Positions 1 through 13,981 of a stretch of DNA of 64,000 nucleotides are shown here, one piece after another (the first letter of the stretch is position 1; every line of letters starts with the position of its first letter). The DNA lies in NCBI GenBank assembly GCA_028534125.1, contig CM052816.1:16122001-16186000 (forward strand). The letters run 5' to 3'. A model generated the notes under the pieces. It was not told the origin of the DNA. It saw only the letters and a list, made by a program, of their open reading frames with translations, and searched no databases. This DNA comes from Lama glama (lineage: Eukaryota). The position numbers were made by a program, and so were the translations under genes.

Positions 1-585
1 TTTTTTTCAACATTTCTTCAATTGGTTGTACTGATTGTATGCTTAAATAACATTGGACAAAGTTTGCACATTTATGCATAGGGAGGAGAAGTGATGGTAA
101 GCATGTGTAATCTATTCAGTCTTTGACCCGTCTTGAGACATTAGAGATACATCTCTTAATTTCTAAAAACCATTTTCTAAGGCAAGCTGAAATAAGACTG
201 ATGAGTAAGGACTTTGCTTTTATCCAATCAGGAGGATTTTTACTGATTGTTTTGTTCAGGAGATTGTGACTGCATGTTAGAATACCACTACTTATGTATG
301 ACCTGTTTCCAGCCATAAATTGTTGCTCTCAAGTGAAATAAAAATACATTTTTGATGACTGAAAACAGTAGTTCTTAGTTTATCTTGAATCTAGAGTTGT
401 TTCTGGCTTATCAAACTAGACCATGGTAAATTTCAAGGCCAAGCACTTTCTAGGCCAAAGCACCTCTTCTTGGGCCACTGTGAACTTGTCTAGCATCAGT
501 CAACTTTGGGCTCTTCATGCTACTACTGTGATCACCCTCAGCTACAGCAGACTATGTACTCACTTGCTTTTTGTTTTTGTTGCAG

Positions 586-3500
586 CGATAGGAAATGCCT
601 TTGCAGTTCTGAGCAATCCTGATAAGAGACTCCGCTATGATGAATATGGAGATGAACAGGTGACTTTCACTGCTCCTCGAGCCAGACCTTATAATTATTA
701 CAGGGACTTCGAAGCTGACATCACTCCAGAAGAGCTATTCAATGTCTTCTTTGGAGGACATTTTCCTACTGGTTAGTATTCCAAAATTATCATTTAAAAA
801 GTTGTATACACTTTGAGGATCTATTTGAGGATCTGAATAAAGGCACCGTGGTATGGTGGAAACAGCAAGACTTCGGAATCAGATGAGCTGAGATTTAAGG
901 CAAGTCTTCAGTCTCCAGCTATGCGTGATTTTGATCAAATCACTTAGTCCCTCTGATCCTACTTCCTTACCTGAAAAATGGGGCTGATAATACCAACCTC
1001 AGAGGGCTGCTGTGAGGATTAGATATTTTTAAGTGCTTTATAAATTAGAAGCAAAATGCCTGTATCATCAAAATAGCAACCAGATAAAGATAAAGGTTAG
1101 AAAAGTACTCCCAGAAAGTTGGAAGTTGGGAAAATTAAATGCCTAGGAAGTAAACTGAATTTTATGAGTTGCCATTAAAGATATTAGTGACATAATCTAA
1201 TACTGGTCAAGGAGGCAGACATGAGCATGTCAGACAGGAGTCATGACCCAAATGCTCTTTTGAGATTCTCTCACTCACTAGTTACAAAAGACTATTTAAA
1301 TCAAGGCAGGAGAGCTAAGTACATTCTACTTCCTGCTGGTTCACTTGGCATACCTACTGTCTTATTTTCCTATTGGGTATAATGGGAGAATACTTGACCT
1401 ATATAGAACCTAGTTGGGAGCAAGGACTTTGGAAAAAGCAAGGAAGAGGTGTTTGCCCTGTCGCATACTAAGTGTTCTTCTTTCTTCAGGAAATATTCAT
1501 ATGTTTTCAAACGTGACAGATGACACCCACTATTACCGCCGGCGGCACCGACATGAGAGGACACAGACACGGAAGGAAGAGGAAGAAGATAAACCTCAGG
1601 TACCTGGAAGGGACAGGACAACTGCTGCCCATAAACGTTTGTACTGAGCTGGTCATGGAGTATGATCAGGTTTTAGAAGTTTAATGTGAGATATGTTGCT
1701 AACAGGTGCTTTAGGAAAGCAGAGGCATGGTAAGAAGAGGTGGGTAATTGGTCCAAATAGGCCAGAATGGTACCCCTCTTCCCCACCCATTCTTTGATAA
1801 CTGTCCCAGAATATCTGTTCCCCTGTGGGGCTGTCTTAACCAAGGTTTTCTTAACTGCAGAGAATAGGAAGCCCTTTCAAAATATTCAAAACTAAAGGGG
1901 GTTTAAGGGAAGGGATCAAGGGAGTCTCATGAAGCTCAAAGGCAGGAAGCACGTTGGGCCTCATGACAGACAGGAACCAGGAACTGCGGTGCTGTGAGGC
2001 ACCCCCACAGCTGTGCTCTCCACGACTCTTGGGGCCAGACTGTCTGCAGTTTTCCTGCCTCTGCATCTGCTTTGTCTTCTCTAAGCAGCCTGGCTTGTTC
2101 TACTTCCCCTTGCAAATGGCCAGTCCACAGTGCCTCCGAGTATGTGTCCTTTCTTCAAGTGACTGCCTAGCAGTGAATGGTGATGAATCTCCATCCCAGA
2201 TTCTTAGGAGGGAGAATGTGATTATCCCTGCTACCATTAGATGTTCCCTAGATGCCCCACAGTCCTTTCAGGTATGGCCAGGGTGACAGAGTTACATAAT
2301 ATGACATGATCTTGTGAGAGTCACAGTCTGGGCAGACTCACCCACGGGTGTCTGCTTCATTGTTTTTAGAAAAGAAGGCTGCAGAAGGATTACTGGGTGT
2401 CAATCCAGGTTGTGGGCGGGCCTCCTTCTGCCTTCTCAGTAGATGGAACAGAGTTGTCTGGTACTTCTCAGCAGAAAGTACGCCTTCCCAGAAAAGCCTC
2501 AGGCTATGTGCAATGCATTGGTAATGTGTATTTTCTTTGGAAAAACAATCCTATTTTTAGTAAACTGTATATTGATGAAGAACACTTAACACCAAATACT
2601 TTTTCTTTTTCAGACTACATATTCTGCATTTATTCAGTTACTTCCAGTTCTGGTGATTGTGATTATATCTGTCATTACTCAGCTGCTAGCTGCTAATCCC
2701 CCATATAGTCTATTCTATAAATCGTAAGTCAAATATTTATAAATCTTCTTAATAATCTGGTGAAAGACTTGAATGTTTTGCTAGTACATTACTAACATTT
2801 CATTTCATCTTTTGTTGTAGAAAACACTGATTTTGTGTTTAAAGGAGCAGCTGGATAGTAATAATACAAACTCAAAAATACTGTAGGCAGTTTCCTGTAC
2901 ACTCAGGCCATGGATTGTTTTGTTCTGCAGCGACATCATCCGGTCAGCTGCAGAACAGCAACAGCTGGTTTCTAAAGGATTAATAGAGTAACTCCAGGTT
3001 CAGGGTAAATCCTTATCACACCATGTTAGAGTCAGAAAGGACCTTACTGAGCTTGTGATAGTATCGCTGGACCCCTGTGAATCTGAGAACAGAGTAACTA
3101 GGATCCAGTGATATTTCCAATTTAAAAATTGCAAGAATGGGACATTTACTCACAATAAGGCTACATAGTCAAGCCATAGTATCTCATTTCTTTGCTTTTG
3201 CTGAAAATATAGAAATTCATTACAAAGTTTGTATTGCATGGAAAATATGAGGTCTGATAGGAATTTTTAGATTTCTTCAATTAATTGCTTCACTTAATTC
3301 AGTTCTCAAAGTTTGGTCCCTAGACCAACATCATCAGCATTAACTGGCAACATATTAGAAATGCAGACTCTTAGTCTTCTCTCCATATCTATTGAATCAG
3401 AAACTCTAGTGGTGAAAACCAGCAATATGAGTTGTTAACAAGCCCTCCAGATAATTCTGGTCCATACTAAGGTTTGAGAATCCCTGGATTATTTTTTTAA

Positions 3501-6500
3501 TTTAACAATGAGAAATAAGTCATTAGTTACTATTATAGTTTAGTAAACAAAAACTTTTCCACATGTGGAGTCCATGGGGCAGGAAGAGCTCTTGCTGGTG
3601 ATCACTATAGACTGAAGACTGTCATTTTAGATCAGTATCTTCATTTTATACAGAGGAAAGCTGAAATTCAGAGAGAGTTTGCTATCAGGTCATGCTGGCT
3701 TGATTCCCTCTATTTCTTTTTTTTTTAAGATTTATTTATATATTTATTTTACAATATCATATTTTTTAAATTGGAATATAGTTGATGTACAATATTATAT
3801 GTTATAGGTGTACAATATAGTGATTCACAATTTTTAAAGGTTATACTCCATTTATAGTTATTAGAAAATATTGCCTATATTCCTGATGTTGTACAATACA
3901 TCCTTGTAGCTTATTTTATACCTGATACTTTGTACCCCTTAATCCTCCACCTCCATCTGCCCCTCCCCTTTCTTGCTCCCCACTGATAGCCACTAGTTCC
4001 TTCTCTACATCTGTGATCTGTTTCTTTTCTGTTATATTCACTAGTTTGTTGTATTTTTTTAGACTCTACATGTAAGTGATGTCTTACAATATTTGTCTTT
4101 CTCTGTCGGACTTATTTCACTTAGCATAATGCCCTCCAAGTCCATCCATGCTGTACACCAGAAACTAATACAATGTTTTAAGTCAACTGTACTTCAATTA
4201 AAAAGCAAACAACCAACCAACCAAGCCATTTAAAATATGCGCAGGAGAACTGAACAGACAAAAGAGGAAATGCAGATGGCCAACAGGAACATGAAAAGTT
4301 GCTCAGCATCACTCATATCAGGGAAATGAAATCAAAATCACAATAAGATATCATCTCACACCTGTCAGAATGGCCATCATCAAAAAGAATACAAATAACA
4401 AATGTTGGCAAGGATGTGGAGACTTGTACACTGCTAGTGGGAATGTAAATTGGTGCAGCCACTATGGAAAGCAGTATGGAGGTTTCTCAAAAACCAAAAA
4501 ATAGAACCACCATATGGGCCAGGAATTCCACTCTTGGGCATATATTCGAGAAAAACAAAAACATTAATTCAAAAAGATATATACACCCCACTATTAACAG
4601 CAACAAACAATAACTATAAACAATTCATTATTTATAATTGCCAAGATATGGAAGCATCCTAAGTGCACATCAATAGGTGAATGGATACAGAAGATGTAGC
4701 ATATATATGTAATAGAATACAACTCAACCATAAAAAAGAAGGATATTTTGCCTTTTGCGGCCCTTCATTCACTTTTTTTTTTCACTTCAAAAACCAGAAT
4801 TTTATAACTGGCATAAACATTAACATTGCATCAAAAACAACAAAATACCTAGAAATAAACTTAATGAAGGAAGTTACCTGTACTCTGAAAACTGTAAAAC
4901 ATTGATGAAGGAAATTGAAGATGATACAAAGAAATGGAAAGATATCTTGTGATTCCCTCTATTTCTTGACTTCCATTTTTCGCCATAGGCTACTGCTACC
5001 TCCTTTCTTGTCAACCAGTGGGACAGGCAGGAACCTGCCCTGCTAACAGCTTCCCAGAGGCAGGTGACAGCAGTCATGACCTATGCTCTTAGACATTCAG
5101 CAAGATCCCTAAGCCGAGAGATCAAAGAAGGCTGGGAGAAGGTCAAATTAACTCATTTAGGATGGAATTTTTCTAGTTTGAACAAAATCAGCTTGGATTT
5201 TGCACATTACTCTCACTCTGTTTTAACTTAAATTTGAGCTCCCTTCTGTGTTTCCTTATGGTTAGACTTTAGTTAACCCAGACCTGTTTGTTTCTGAGCA
5301 CCAGATACCATTGGATATCTCAGAGCCACAGAGAGTTAGCCTGGAAGTATCACTGAAATCTTTTATCTGAGTTTTTTTTTTTTGCAGTTCTCACCTATCA
5401 GCTATGTGTGAAGTACTTTTTATCATGTCCTAAAAATTGGAACTAAGTTGCTGTGAGCTATCTGGTTATTTGTAAATAGTTTACTGTAACAATCATTTCA
5501 TTCAACTAGCATTTACCAATAGCCTACTCTATTCCAAGTGCCATGCTAGGTCCTACACAGTATATAATTATTTTTTTTAGCATTCAGCATTCTACTTTTA
5601 GCATAGAAAGCAATGTAAGAGAGGTGAATCCAGATATCTGCACCCTCATGTTCTACCAGCATTACTTACGATAGCCAAGACATGGAAACAACCTCAGTGT
5701 CCATCTGTGGATGAATGGATGAAGAAGTTGTGGTATGTATACTCGAGGGAATATTATCCAGCCATAAAAAATGAAGCAATCCTACCATTTGTGACAACAT
5801 TGATAGACCTTGAAGGCATTATCCTAAGTGAAATAAGTCAGACAGAGAAAGACAAATACTGTAAGATCTCACTTACATGTATAATCTGGGAAAAAAAACC
5901 CAAAAAAACCAAAAAACCCAAACTCATAGAAAAAGAGATCAGAAGATCAGACTTGTGGTTACCAAAGGTGGAGGGGAGAGGGAGGGAGAATCAGAGGAAG
6001 GTGGTCAAAGTTAAAAACTAACAGTTATAAGATAAATAAGTACAAGGGATATACAACATGATAACTGTAGTTAACACTGCTGTATGCTAGGAAATGATAG
6101 GCAAGTTGTTCAGAGGGTGAATTCTAAGAATTCTCATCACAAGGAGAAATTATTTTTCCTTTTTTCTTTTCTATTTTCTTTTTATGGTATCCATACAAGA
6201 TGGATGTTAGCAGAACCTATTGTAGTAATAATTTCACAGTATATGTAAAATAAACCATCATGATGGTTGCCTTAAATTAAGAAAAAATAAGAGAGAGGTT
6301 AATCCTTTAAGGGAATAAAGTAAAATATGTTGAGGCTGAATCCAGTTTGAACGTGCTCATGTAATATCGGCAATCATTACCTTACACTTACTGCTTTGCT
6401 TGGGAAATAATAAATGTTAGATGTATTAGAAAATGGTATCTGCATCTGCCTTATGAAGGGGTGATTGTGATGATGTCTGTGAGGACAGTGCTGAGAGTGA

Positions 6501-9500
6501 TACTGCCAAATGTAACAAGCTTACCTGAGCGCCCCTCTCCTTGTTTCAGGACCATGGGCTACACCATTTCTAGAGAAACCCAGAACCTACAGGTGCCTTA
6601 CTTTGTGGATAAAAACTTTGACAAGGCCTACAGAGGAGCATCGCTGCGTGACCTGGAGAAGACGATAGAGAAGGATTACATTGATTACATCCAGACCACT
6701 TGCTGGAAGGAAAAACAACAAAGTAAGATGCTCTGAAAGGAGCTTTAGCTGATGGCCATGCTTCCAACCTGAGGCATCCCCACCAGCTTCCTGATCCTTC
6801 CTCTCTCCTTGTTTGAGTTGCACATGTTTACGTGAACAGGGAGAGGACAGAGGCCCTTTCAGGATACTACAAAAAAAAAAAAAAAAGCAGTATACACTTG
6901 GCCAGGACTTGGAAATCTTAGGAACAAGGCAGCACTAGTTGCCTATCTGCCTGTCTGTCTCTTAGTCTCTACCTCTCTCTGCCTATCTGCCCTCTTTCCT
7001 CTCTCTGCCATCTGCTTTCCTTTGCTTCTTCAAGCTCTCTTCTTTCACCACCTTGATTTGCTATGGTTTATTTTGGTTGCTACCCTCTTAGTCACTCTCC
7101 CAACTTCCCCAACCCCACCAGTTATTGGCCCCTTTGTACATCCCAAGCTCCCTCTTTAAACAGTTAGCTGGTTTAGTCCAAAGTTTCCTAATTCCACATT
7201 CCCTGGAGGGAAATCTAACTGATCCAGCCTAAACAAAGTTTTATATGTTGTTGATATTGAGTTCATGTGCACCTTCTCTTCCTCTCCAGGTAGCTGTGGC
7301 CACATAGAACAAAAATGACCCTCCCTGAAGTAGGCCTTCCACTCTGTTTCTCTCTCTGGAGACAGTGGGGGTGACAGTGTTGCCACTTGGCTTACAACTC
7401 CAGTGAGTGTTAGTGAGGAGTGCTGGTAGCAAGGGCAACCCTGTCTCTCAGCCAACAGGCTCACTTTTCATCCCACTTGAATTCCACACACATACACACA
7501 TACGTCTGTTAATTATTGTATAAAACTTGGCTTGGGTAATTTTTAAAAAGCAAACTCATTTTTAACTCATAGCTTATTACTGGGTATTATAAACATCTAA
7601 CAGTGTGTGATAAATTTAGATCTTCAGTCATAGAGCTGCTAAGCCCTCACTGACCCATCAGGCATCCCAACCCCACCCCCTAGTTAATCTCTCCTTCCTC
7701 TGTGTTTTTAAAGCACTTTGCTCATCCTGTTAACACAGTACCACCCTCACAGTGTTAGTGTTCTGTAGCCACATGACAGTCTCCCTGCTGGATTCTGGGC
7801 TCTCTGAGGACAAGAACCATGTCTTACTAATTTTGTGGCCCAGGCCCTTGGCACTGTCCTTGCTTCAGAACAGATGCTCAACAAATGTCTTTTGAAAAGA
7901 AGATTCTCAGGACTGGAAAACTGAAAATGCTGAGCATTAAGAATCAGAGAGCAGGGCCAGTGTCCTAACCCTGGCCCTGAGGGAGCTTGTCTCTGCCCTC
8001 TGCTTCTGTAGGGCAGAGCCCAGCTGACCTCTCAGGTGCATTAGGAGCTTTGTGGGCAATGACTCTGGGATCTAAGGGGGAATTCAGCAGGAGGAGGAAG
8101 TTGATTTTTTATTGGGGGAAAAAAAACAGAGTTCCTACCGCATTGTTTATGGGGTTTATTGTTTGTTTTTGTTTTTTGGGGGGATGGGTAATTAGGTTTA
8201 TTTACTTAGTTACTTTAGTGGTGGTGCTGGGGATTGAACCCAGGATCTCATGCACTAAGCATGTACTCTAACCACTGAGCTATATCCTCCCTGCCAAAAG
8301 AGAGTCTAACCCATTATTGAACTAGGTTTTACAAGTTTCAAAAATCAGGAAAGAGTTCTGGGGCCAGATTAAGGCCTTGGACTAAAAGGCATTATAATCA
8401 GGTGAAGGGCACAGTCATAAAAGTCAGCATCGTTTTAGGCCCTGAGAAGTTTTTGAATTTGTTGCTTTCTGCAAGAAATCAATTAAAATATGCATTTCAC
8501 ATTCTTCAAACACACTTACACACACCTGCTGGAACTATGCAAAGAGCTCATGGTAAGGATTACACGTAAGATGACTTCTAGGCTTTTGTCCTCATCCTTA
8601 TGAAGCCTAGTTTTAGGGCTTTGGCACTCTCTGGGTATAAACAGATCCAGTGGGTGAACGTGATGCATGTACCGGCAAGTTCCAAACTGCGGGTTATCAG
8701 CACACACCCCTTAAAAATCTATTTCTGGCATTTAAGGTTGGTGGCTGTCTGAAACCTCCCCACAACCCAAGTGCCATTTGAGAACAAGCAGCATCTGCCC
8801 TCCGGATCCAGCAGCAAATGCAGCCAACAAGGTTAAATTTAGCACTTGGAGGTTGTAAAAATAAACCCACTTGAGAACAAAGTTCACTCTTGGCAAAATA
8901 GCGAATGGAAACTGTTTTTAGCAGAGTTAACCATTGTCTTTTTAAATCCTTTGTTAATTTCTTTTCTCTGCTCTTAGAATGGTTCATCGGAGTGAATTTC
9001 TGAGTAATCCCTTACTATGAACACTGATTGCCCTGTTTACTCCTTCACAGATGCATCTAGATAATAAACCTGGTGCCAGGGGAAGTGGCCATGCCACTGG
9101 GCTGGGATGGACCAAAGTAGCAGGCAGGAACTGCCTCCTGACCTCGGTGAGCTGAGCTGAGATCCCAGCCCTGCCTGGCAGAGGAGAACTTCTTTCCACA
9201 CCCTGGAGCAGGGTAGTAGAGTGGGTAGGAGCTTAGGCTTTGAAATGGAGATAAAATGTACTTCCTCCCAGAAAAATTGTATGGATTATAGAAGATGGTA
9301 TGAGTGTAACGCTTAGTGTGGTGTCTGGCATGTAGTAAGTGGCTGACTCCTGGTGGAGTCCAGTCCTTCCTTGCTTGGCCTGACTAGACTGGATGCCGCA
9401 CTGTCTCATGGGCCTGGATCCTGAGGGTGGTTGGGATCTGTTGGGGTCTTCCAGCTGTCAAGACTCCAATCTGAGCTCTTGTGCAGAGTGTTTTTAGGAG

Positions 9501-11739
9501 AGGCTCTGAGACTTGCCTGTCTTGGTAATTTGCCTGAGTCAGTTTACCCTGAAGGCTCAATGCTCTGTCCATCCATTATACCGGCATTCAGGGTAAGGGA
9601 AACACTTTGCAGAGATGATGTTCTCTTGATCCTGTTCCTGCCAAAGATCTTTTTTCTTAGAAGTTATTGAACATTAACAGAACTTGTGAAAAGTAACATA
9701 TTCATTGATTTGACCTTTTGTTCATTGAAGTACAAAATGATTCACTGGCAGTTTGGAGAGAGGTTTCTCCAAGCGTGGTCATGGGGACATGGTTCCTTGC
9801 AGCACTGTCCTTGTACAAGGTCATTGCTCTGGAGCAGGGGGTCTCAGCCTCTGGAGCATTGAAACCTGGTTTCAGTGAACTTTATGAAAAGCAAGTGATG
9901 TTGTGAGAAAAGCATTCATGTATGTGCAGTTCTCTTTTATAAGCTTATTACAGTGATTGTTAGTGTAGAAGATAGTAAGAATCACTAGCCTTAATGTTTT
10001 CTGGAATGAGATTTCAGCAATGAGACATTTGGATACGGTCCGTAAACAAAACCTAAGGAAATCATTTCAAGGAAAAGCAGAGCCACACAATGTGCTGTAT
10101 ATACTGGTGTCACTGTGACCCCAGAGGACAAAAGGCATAGACTGATTTCACAGAGCCCTCCTGAAGAGGTTTCCCACATGCCAAAGAAGCCAGAGAAATA
10201 GAGCCGCACTCTGGGCTGAAGGAAGGAGCAGAGGGCTTTCGTTTGGGTGAGGCACGTGATCCTCCATGAAGCTGCATCACCTGCGAGGATGCCTGTGCCA
10301 AGGCAAGCTCTGGCTGGCAGGCACCGCAGGCCCCACGCCACGGAGTGAGGGCACATTGTTCTAGAGCCTGGGAGACCTGCTGCTTGCCAAGCGACTGCTG
10401 GGCCAGCGCCCAGGCTCTGAGCCTCCATTGTAGAGGGTGGGTTTTCATGCATTCCCACCCCTCACCTTGGAGTCCTACACTTAATCTGTACTTTGGGCGT
10501 TACTTGGTGTAAAGAGCAGAGATGCCAGTGTTTTTGTGTTGATGGAAACTTATTCAGAAACCAATGCCCAATATTCCTCCTGGCTAAGTATTAATTCCTG
10601 TTTCCAGGCAGTTTGCTGATTAATCAGACAGGTGCCACTCGTTCCACCAAGAAAAACAAAATCTGTCAGTAAAATGATTAAGAATGGATAGACATATTTC
10701 AGAATGATTAAAATAGCACTTTCACAAGTATGATCCTTTAAACATTGAGTAGCTCCCTGCTGTCAGAGGCTTTCAGAAGCCATGTAGCCCCTCCAAGCCC
10801 GCCATCCTGTTAATACACAGCACGTCTCTGGAGGTGCTTTTCAGGCGTTCCTTCCTAAGTATGTCTCTGAAACCATACAAAAGAGTAAAAAATAGAGGCA
10901 GCCAAACCACTGTTGAGTTGGGGAAGACAGCAGAGATTATATTCTGGTTAAAAATAGAATGACCTTCTCTACCATGAAGAGAAAATGAAATACATTTAGT
11001 CAAGGAGACAGAGGTCACTGGATCCAGATGATTTCACTTTTAAAAGAGCTCAGCTGCCTTTGGCCTTTGAATTAGGGACCTTGTATGCCGTGAGGGGATG
11101 AAGAAAGCCACCAGCAACCTGGCCTTCTGGAGAGGGCATGCCCAGCAGAGGTAGGCTGTGTGTCAGTCAGCGTGTGAGTTACAGTCCGGCAAGGCAGGGA
11201 AAGAGTGAAGCAGCTGTCTTTGTTTCAGATGACAGGAACAGGCCATTGGACTCCATTCACTCCCAACTGCCATCTGAATACCATTCACAGAAATGCCCTG
11301 AAACAGTCTCCTCTTACTGCACACGTGCAGGTTTCCTAAATCTGGTGCCAAATGTTCTATTGATAAGAATGAAGCCCAGTGCTTTTGTAATAGAGCCCGT
11401 TACTGTGGGACTCCAGGATCACAAGTGTCCCTTAATCCTCAGCACCTGGTGTGGTGTAGCTGCCTGATACGTGTTTTTTGAGTAAATGAGTGTTTCTTAA
11501 ATTTAATTGAAAGAAAAAACATTAAAGTAAAAGAAGCTTTGATTCCAGAAGTACTGAGATGAAACAAAGGAGCTCACCTCTCTTGATGAATTGGTTACCT
11601 CTTTTATCTTTCAGAGTCGGAGTTGACCAATTTGGCAGGATTATACAGAGATGAACGATTGAAACAGAAAGCAGAGTCGCTGAAACTTGAAAACTGTGAA
11701 AAACTTTCCAAACTTATTGGCCTACGCAGAGGTGGCTGA
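586..11739 (+). CDS. DNAJC18: DnaJ homolog subfamily C member 18, 3' part. Coding exons 586-771, 1490-1599, 2614-2723, 6550-6722, 11615-11739 (TGA); 5' exons lie upstream of the window
   Basis: Internal boundaries are AG/GT with compatible phases. Translation gives the J-domain end ([22 protein letters not shown]), [14 protein letters not shown], a transmembrane segment ([20 protein letters not shown]) and a DNAJB12/14-like luminal C-terminus (VPYFVDKNF...[48 protein letters not shown]). Confidence 0.96.
845..1040 (+). mobile_element. MIR SINE remnant
   Basis: MIR core-like text: aaatcacttagtccctctga...ctgaaaaatggggctgataataccaacctcagagggctgctgtgaggattaga. Confidence 0.7.
3300..3487. mobile_element. 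MER5A-like hAT-Charlie DNA transposon
   Basis: cagttctcaaagtttggtcc...attagaaatgcaga...gaatcagaaactct...taacaagccctccagataattct...ggtttgagaatccctg resembles recalled MER5A, with ttctcaaa/tttgagaa inverted ends. Confidence 0.75.
3715..4950. mobile_element. LINE-1 mosaic: - strand 3' end (~3715-4150), then + strand 3'-end and ORF2 C-terminal fragments (~4153-4950)
   Basis: Poly-T followed by reverse L1 3'UTR text; + strand ORF 4450-4662 ([13 protein letters not shown]...IPLLGIY) is the L1 ORF2 C-terminus. Confidence 0.85.
5632..6290 (+). mobile_element. 5'-truncated LINE-1 with target-site duplication
   Basis: ORF 5707-6021 ([20 protein letters not shown]...[11 protein letters not shown]) is the L1 ORF2 end; A-rich tail; flanks agagaggtgaatcc (5618-5631) and agagaggttaatcc (6292-6305). 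Confidence 0.88.
8160..8291 (-). mobile_element. Camelid-type tRNA-derived SINE (vic-1-like)
   Basis: The - strand reads gggaggatatagctcagtggttagag...cctgggttcaatcccc (A and B boxes), then aaacctaattacc and an A-rich tail. Confidence 0.85.
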
Positions 11740-13981
11740 GAGGATGCTTGTCCTACGCAGGCTCGGGGTTTTGCTACTTGTTACTGTTTATGTTCCTAAT
11801 TCCATTTTATAACACAAAATTAGGAAATGATGAACATTTTACAATTTGCTAGCTTTGTTTGGTGGGCAGAGTTGGAGGCGCTTCAGCATGGAGCCAGACT
11901 TATCATCACAGAATCCTTCCTGGGGATTGGCTCCAGGGGCCAGGAACAGTCCATCTGAGCTGAATGAATGGCAGAGCGTTAGATTCAGCCCCCTGCTCCA
12001 CTCCTACCCTGACTCTGGGAACATAGTTCGGGGCACCCCAGAGCAGATTCATGTTTTCTTCCTTCTTCAGTGAAGTCTCAATAACCAGTCATTCCTAGGC
12101 TTAGCCAAAGCAGCTTAATATTGGTGGTTTAACATGTGCACCAAGAATTACACCTCTCACTTCATCAGAGTCATCGTCTCCCCCCAGGATTCAGCCACTG
12201 GAACATGCTCCCAACTCAGCTTTCTATTTTCTGAGGGGAATGTGGAGAAATGTAAACTGTTGTAGTCCACAGTTTTCTGTTTGCCTAATCTCTGTTCAGC
12301 ATTACTAGCATTAGCAAACAGCCTGATTTGAGTTTCTTTTACTTCCTTAATACACCCTCTTGTAAAGGGTACAGAAATTAAGAGCTATAGAGTGAAACAG
12401 TTCAATGGACACATGGAAGCAGGGGACAGGGTTAAAGGTAAAATGCAAGGCTGACTCTCATCTGCTCAGTGCAGTTTCCCTAGTCCATCATAGAACCCAG
12501 AGAATGTTCTTTTTGTCATTTCCCTTTGCAGCATCACACACTCACACACGGGCTGAGTCCCTTCACCCCACAGAGGTACGGTGGTCAGACCTAAGAGGAG
12601 GCATTGCCAGCTAGCTAGGCTGTTTGCTCAAGCCTCAAGGTAGAGGGGAAAGACTTTCTGTGGTTCTGGGGGTCTGGCCTTGGCCCCAGCAGTCACTTTG
12701 TTTAACCAGTTCCCTGTAGTTTGTGATACGAGATACTTTTTCGTGTAGTCAACATTTGTTGAGTGCCTGCTATGGAATGAGAACATTGGTCCAGAGAAAA
12801 TGCATGGTTGACTTGAGTCATACAATTGGTTGTGGCAAAGCTAGATGGTAGGCTGATTATCAAGTAGGAAGTGTGTGGTCATTCCCATTTCTCAGGTAAT
12901 TCTAGCCATGTTGGTAAAGCACAATCTCCCAAGGATGCCCCTCCCCACCACCGGACCCAGCATCCTTTCTGTGGCAGTCCTGCATCCACTCGGGACACCT
13001 CTCTACACCAATTCTGTACACAGAACAAAAGCAGGCAGCTCTTCCCCCTGGTGACAAGGAAGAGGTAAGTTGTTACCTGGACTGTGTGGTTCTGGGCCTT
13101 GCTGTGGAGTTGAGCTACCAGGATTGAGCTGCCCAGATTTTATCATGAATCTGAACCTGGAAGGGTCAGTATGTGACTCTAGTCTACATTCCGCGTTTTC
13201 TTCAGGATAGAAGAAAAGTTCCTGTTGGAAGGAGAGTCTACATTAAAACTAATTTCCGAAGTAGAGATTTTTCTTTCAGATGCATAGCCATGATTTAGGC
13301 AGACATGTCTAGCATGGCTCAACGTGTGGGCATCCTACAGGGTCAGGAGATGGGTTCAGAGGTGAAGAGTAGGGCTTTGGTGGCTGGTAGGGGACACCTG
13401 CTCAGCTGTAGGGAGGGAGAGCAGTTCCAGAGATGGCCAGATTTCATCACCCAGCTGGGTCTATCCTAGTTTGGGGTGGAGGAGCTTCCTTGATCCCCTC
13501 TGAGTAACCAAGGGGATTTACACTGTAAAGTGTACCTGTGAGCCAAATAGGCTGTGAAAGTTGTTTTCCCATACACAGGGAAATCAAAGCTCTCCTCTCC
13601 CCAACCCCAACCTCTGCTAGAAAATGGGCCATAATTAAACTGATTTGACAGGTTGAAAGACCCTGTTCTAGATGGCCATGAATAGCAAAGTCACACATTT
13701 TATGGATTTCCTGGCAGAGATGAGTTATCTGTGATGATACTAAATAGAGGCAATGCTAACTCACTCCATTAAATGTCAGGTCTGTTGTCTGTTTTTGTAG
13801 CACTGATGATACTGTTTTATTTATTACCTAATAGACTACAACACTCACATCTGGTTTTCCTCAAGGGAATGGTATTTGCTTTAGGTTGAAGGATAGTTTA
13901 ATCTATTTGGTACTGTCCAGAATATTGTTAAACTATAATTTCCTGGGTTGCATTTTAGATGGGTTGTCTGCATGGTGGTAA

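Noticed and set aside
4450..6021. ORFs resembling a reverse-transcriptase protein C-terminus
   Set aside because: Decayed, truncated L1 ORF2 fragments, not host genes or active elements
9991..10458. 155-aa - strand ORF in the last DNAJC18 intron
   Set aside because: No recognisable domain or supporting gene structure; could only be rescued by conservation or transcript data
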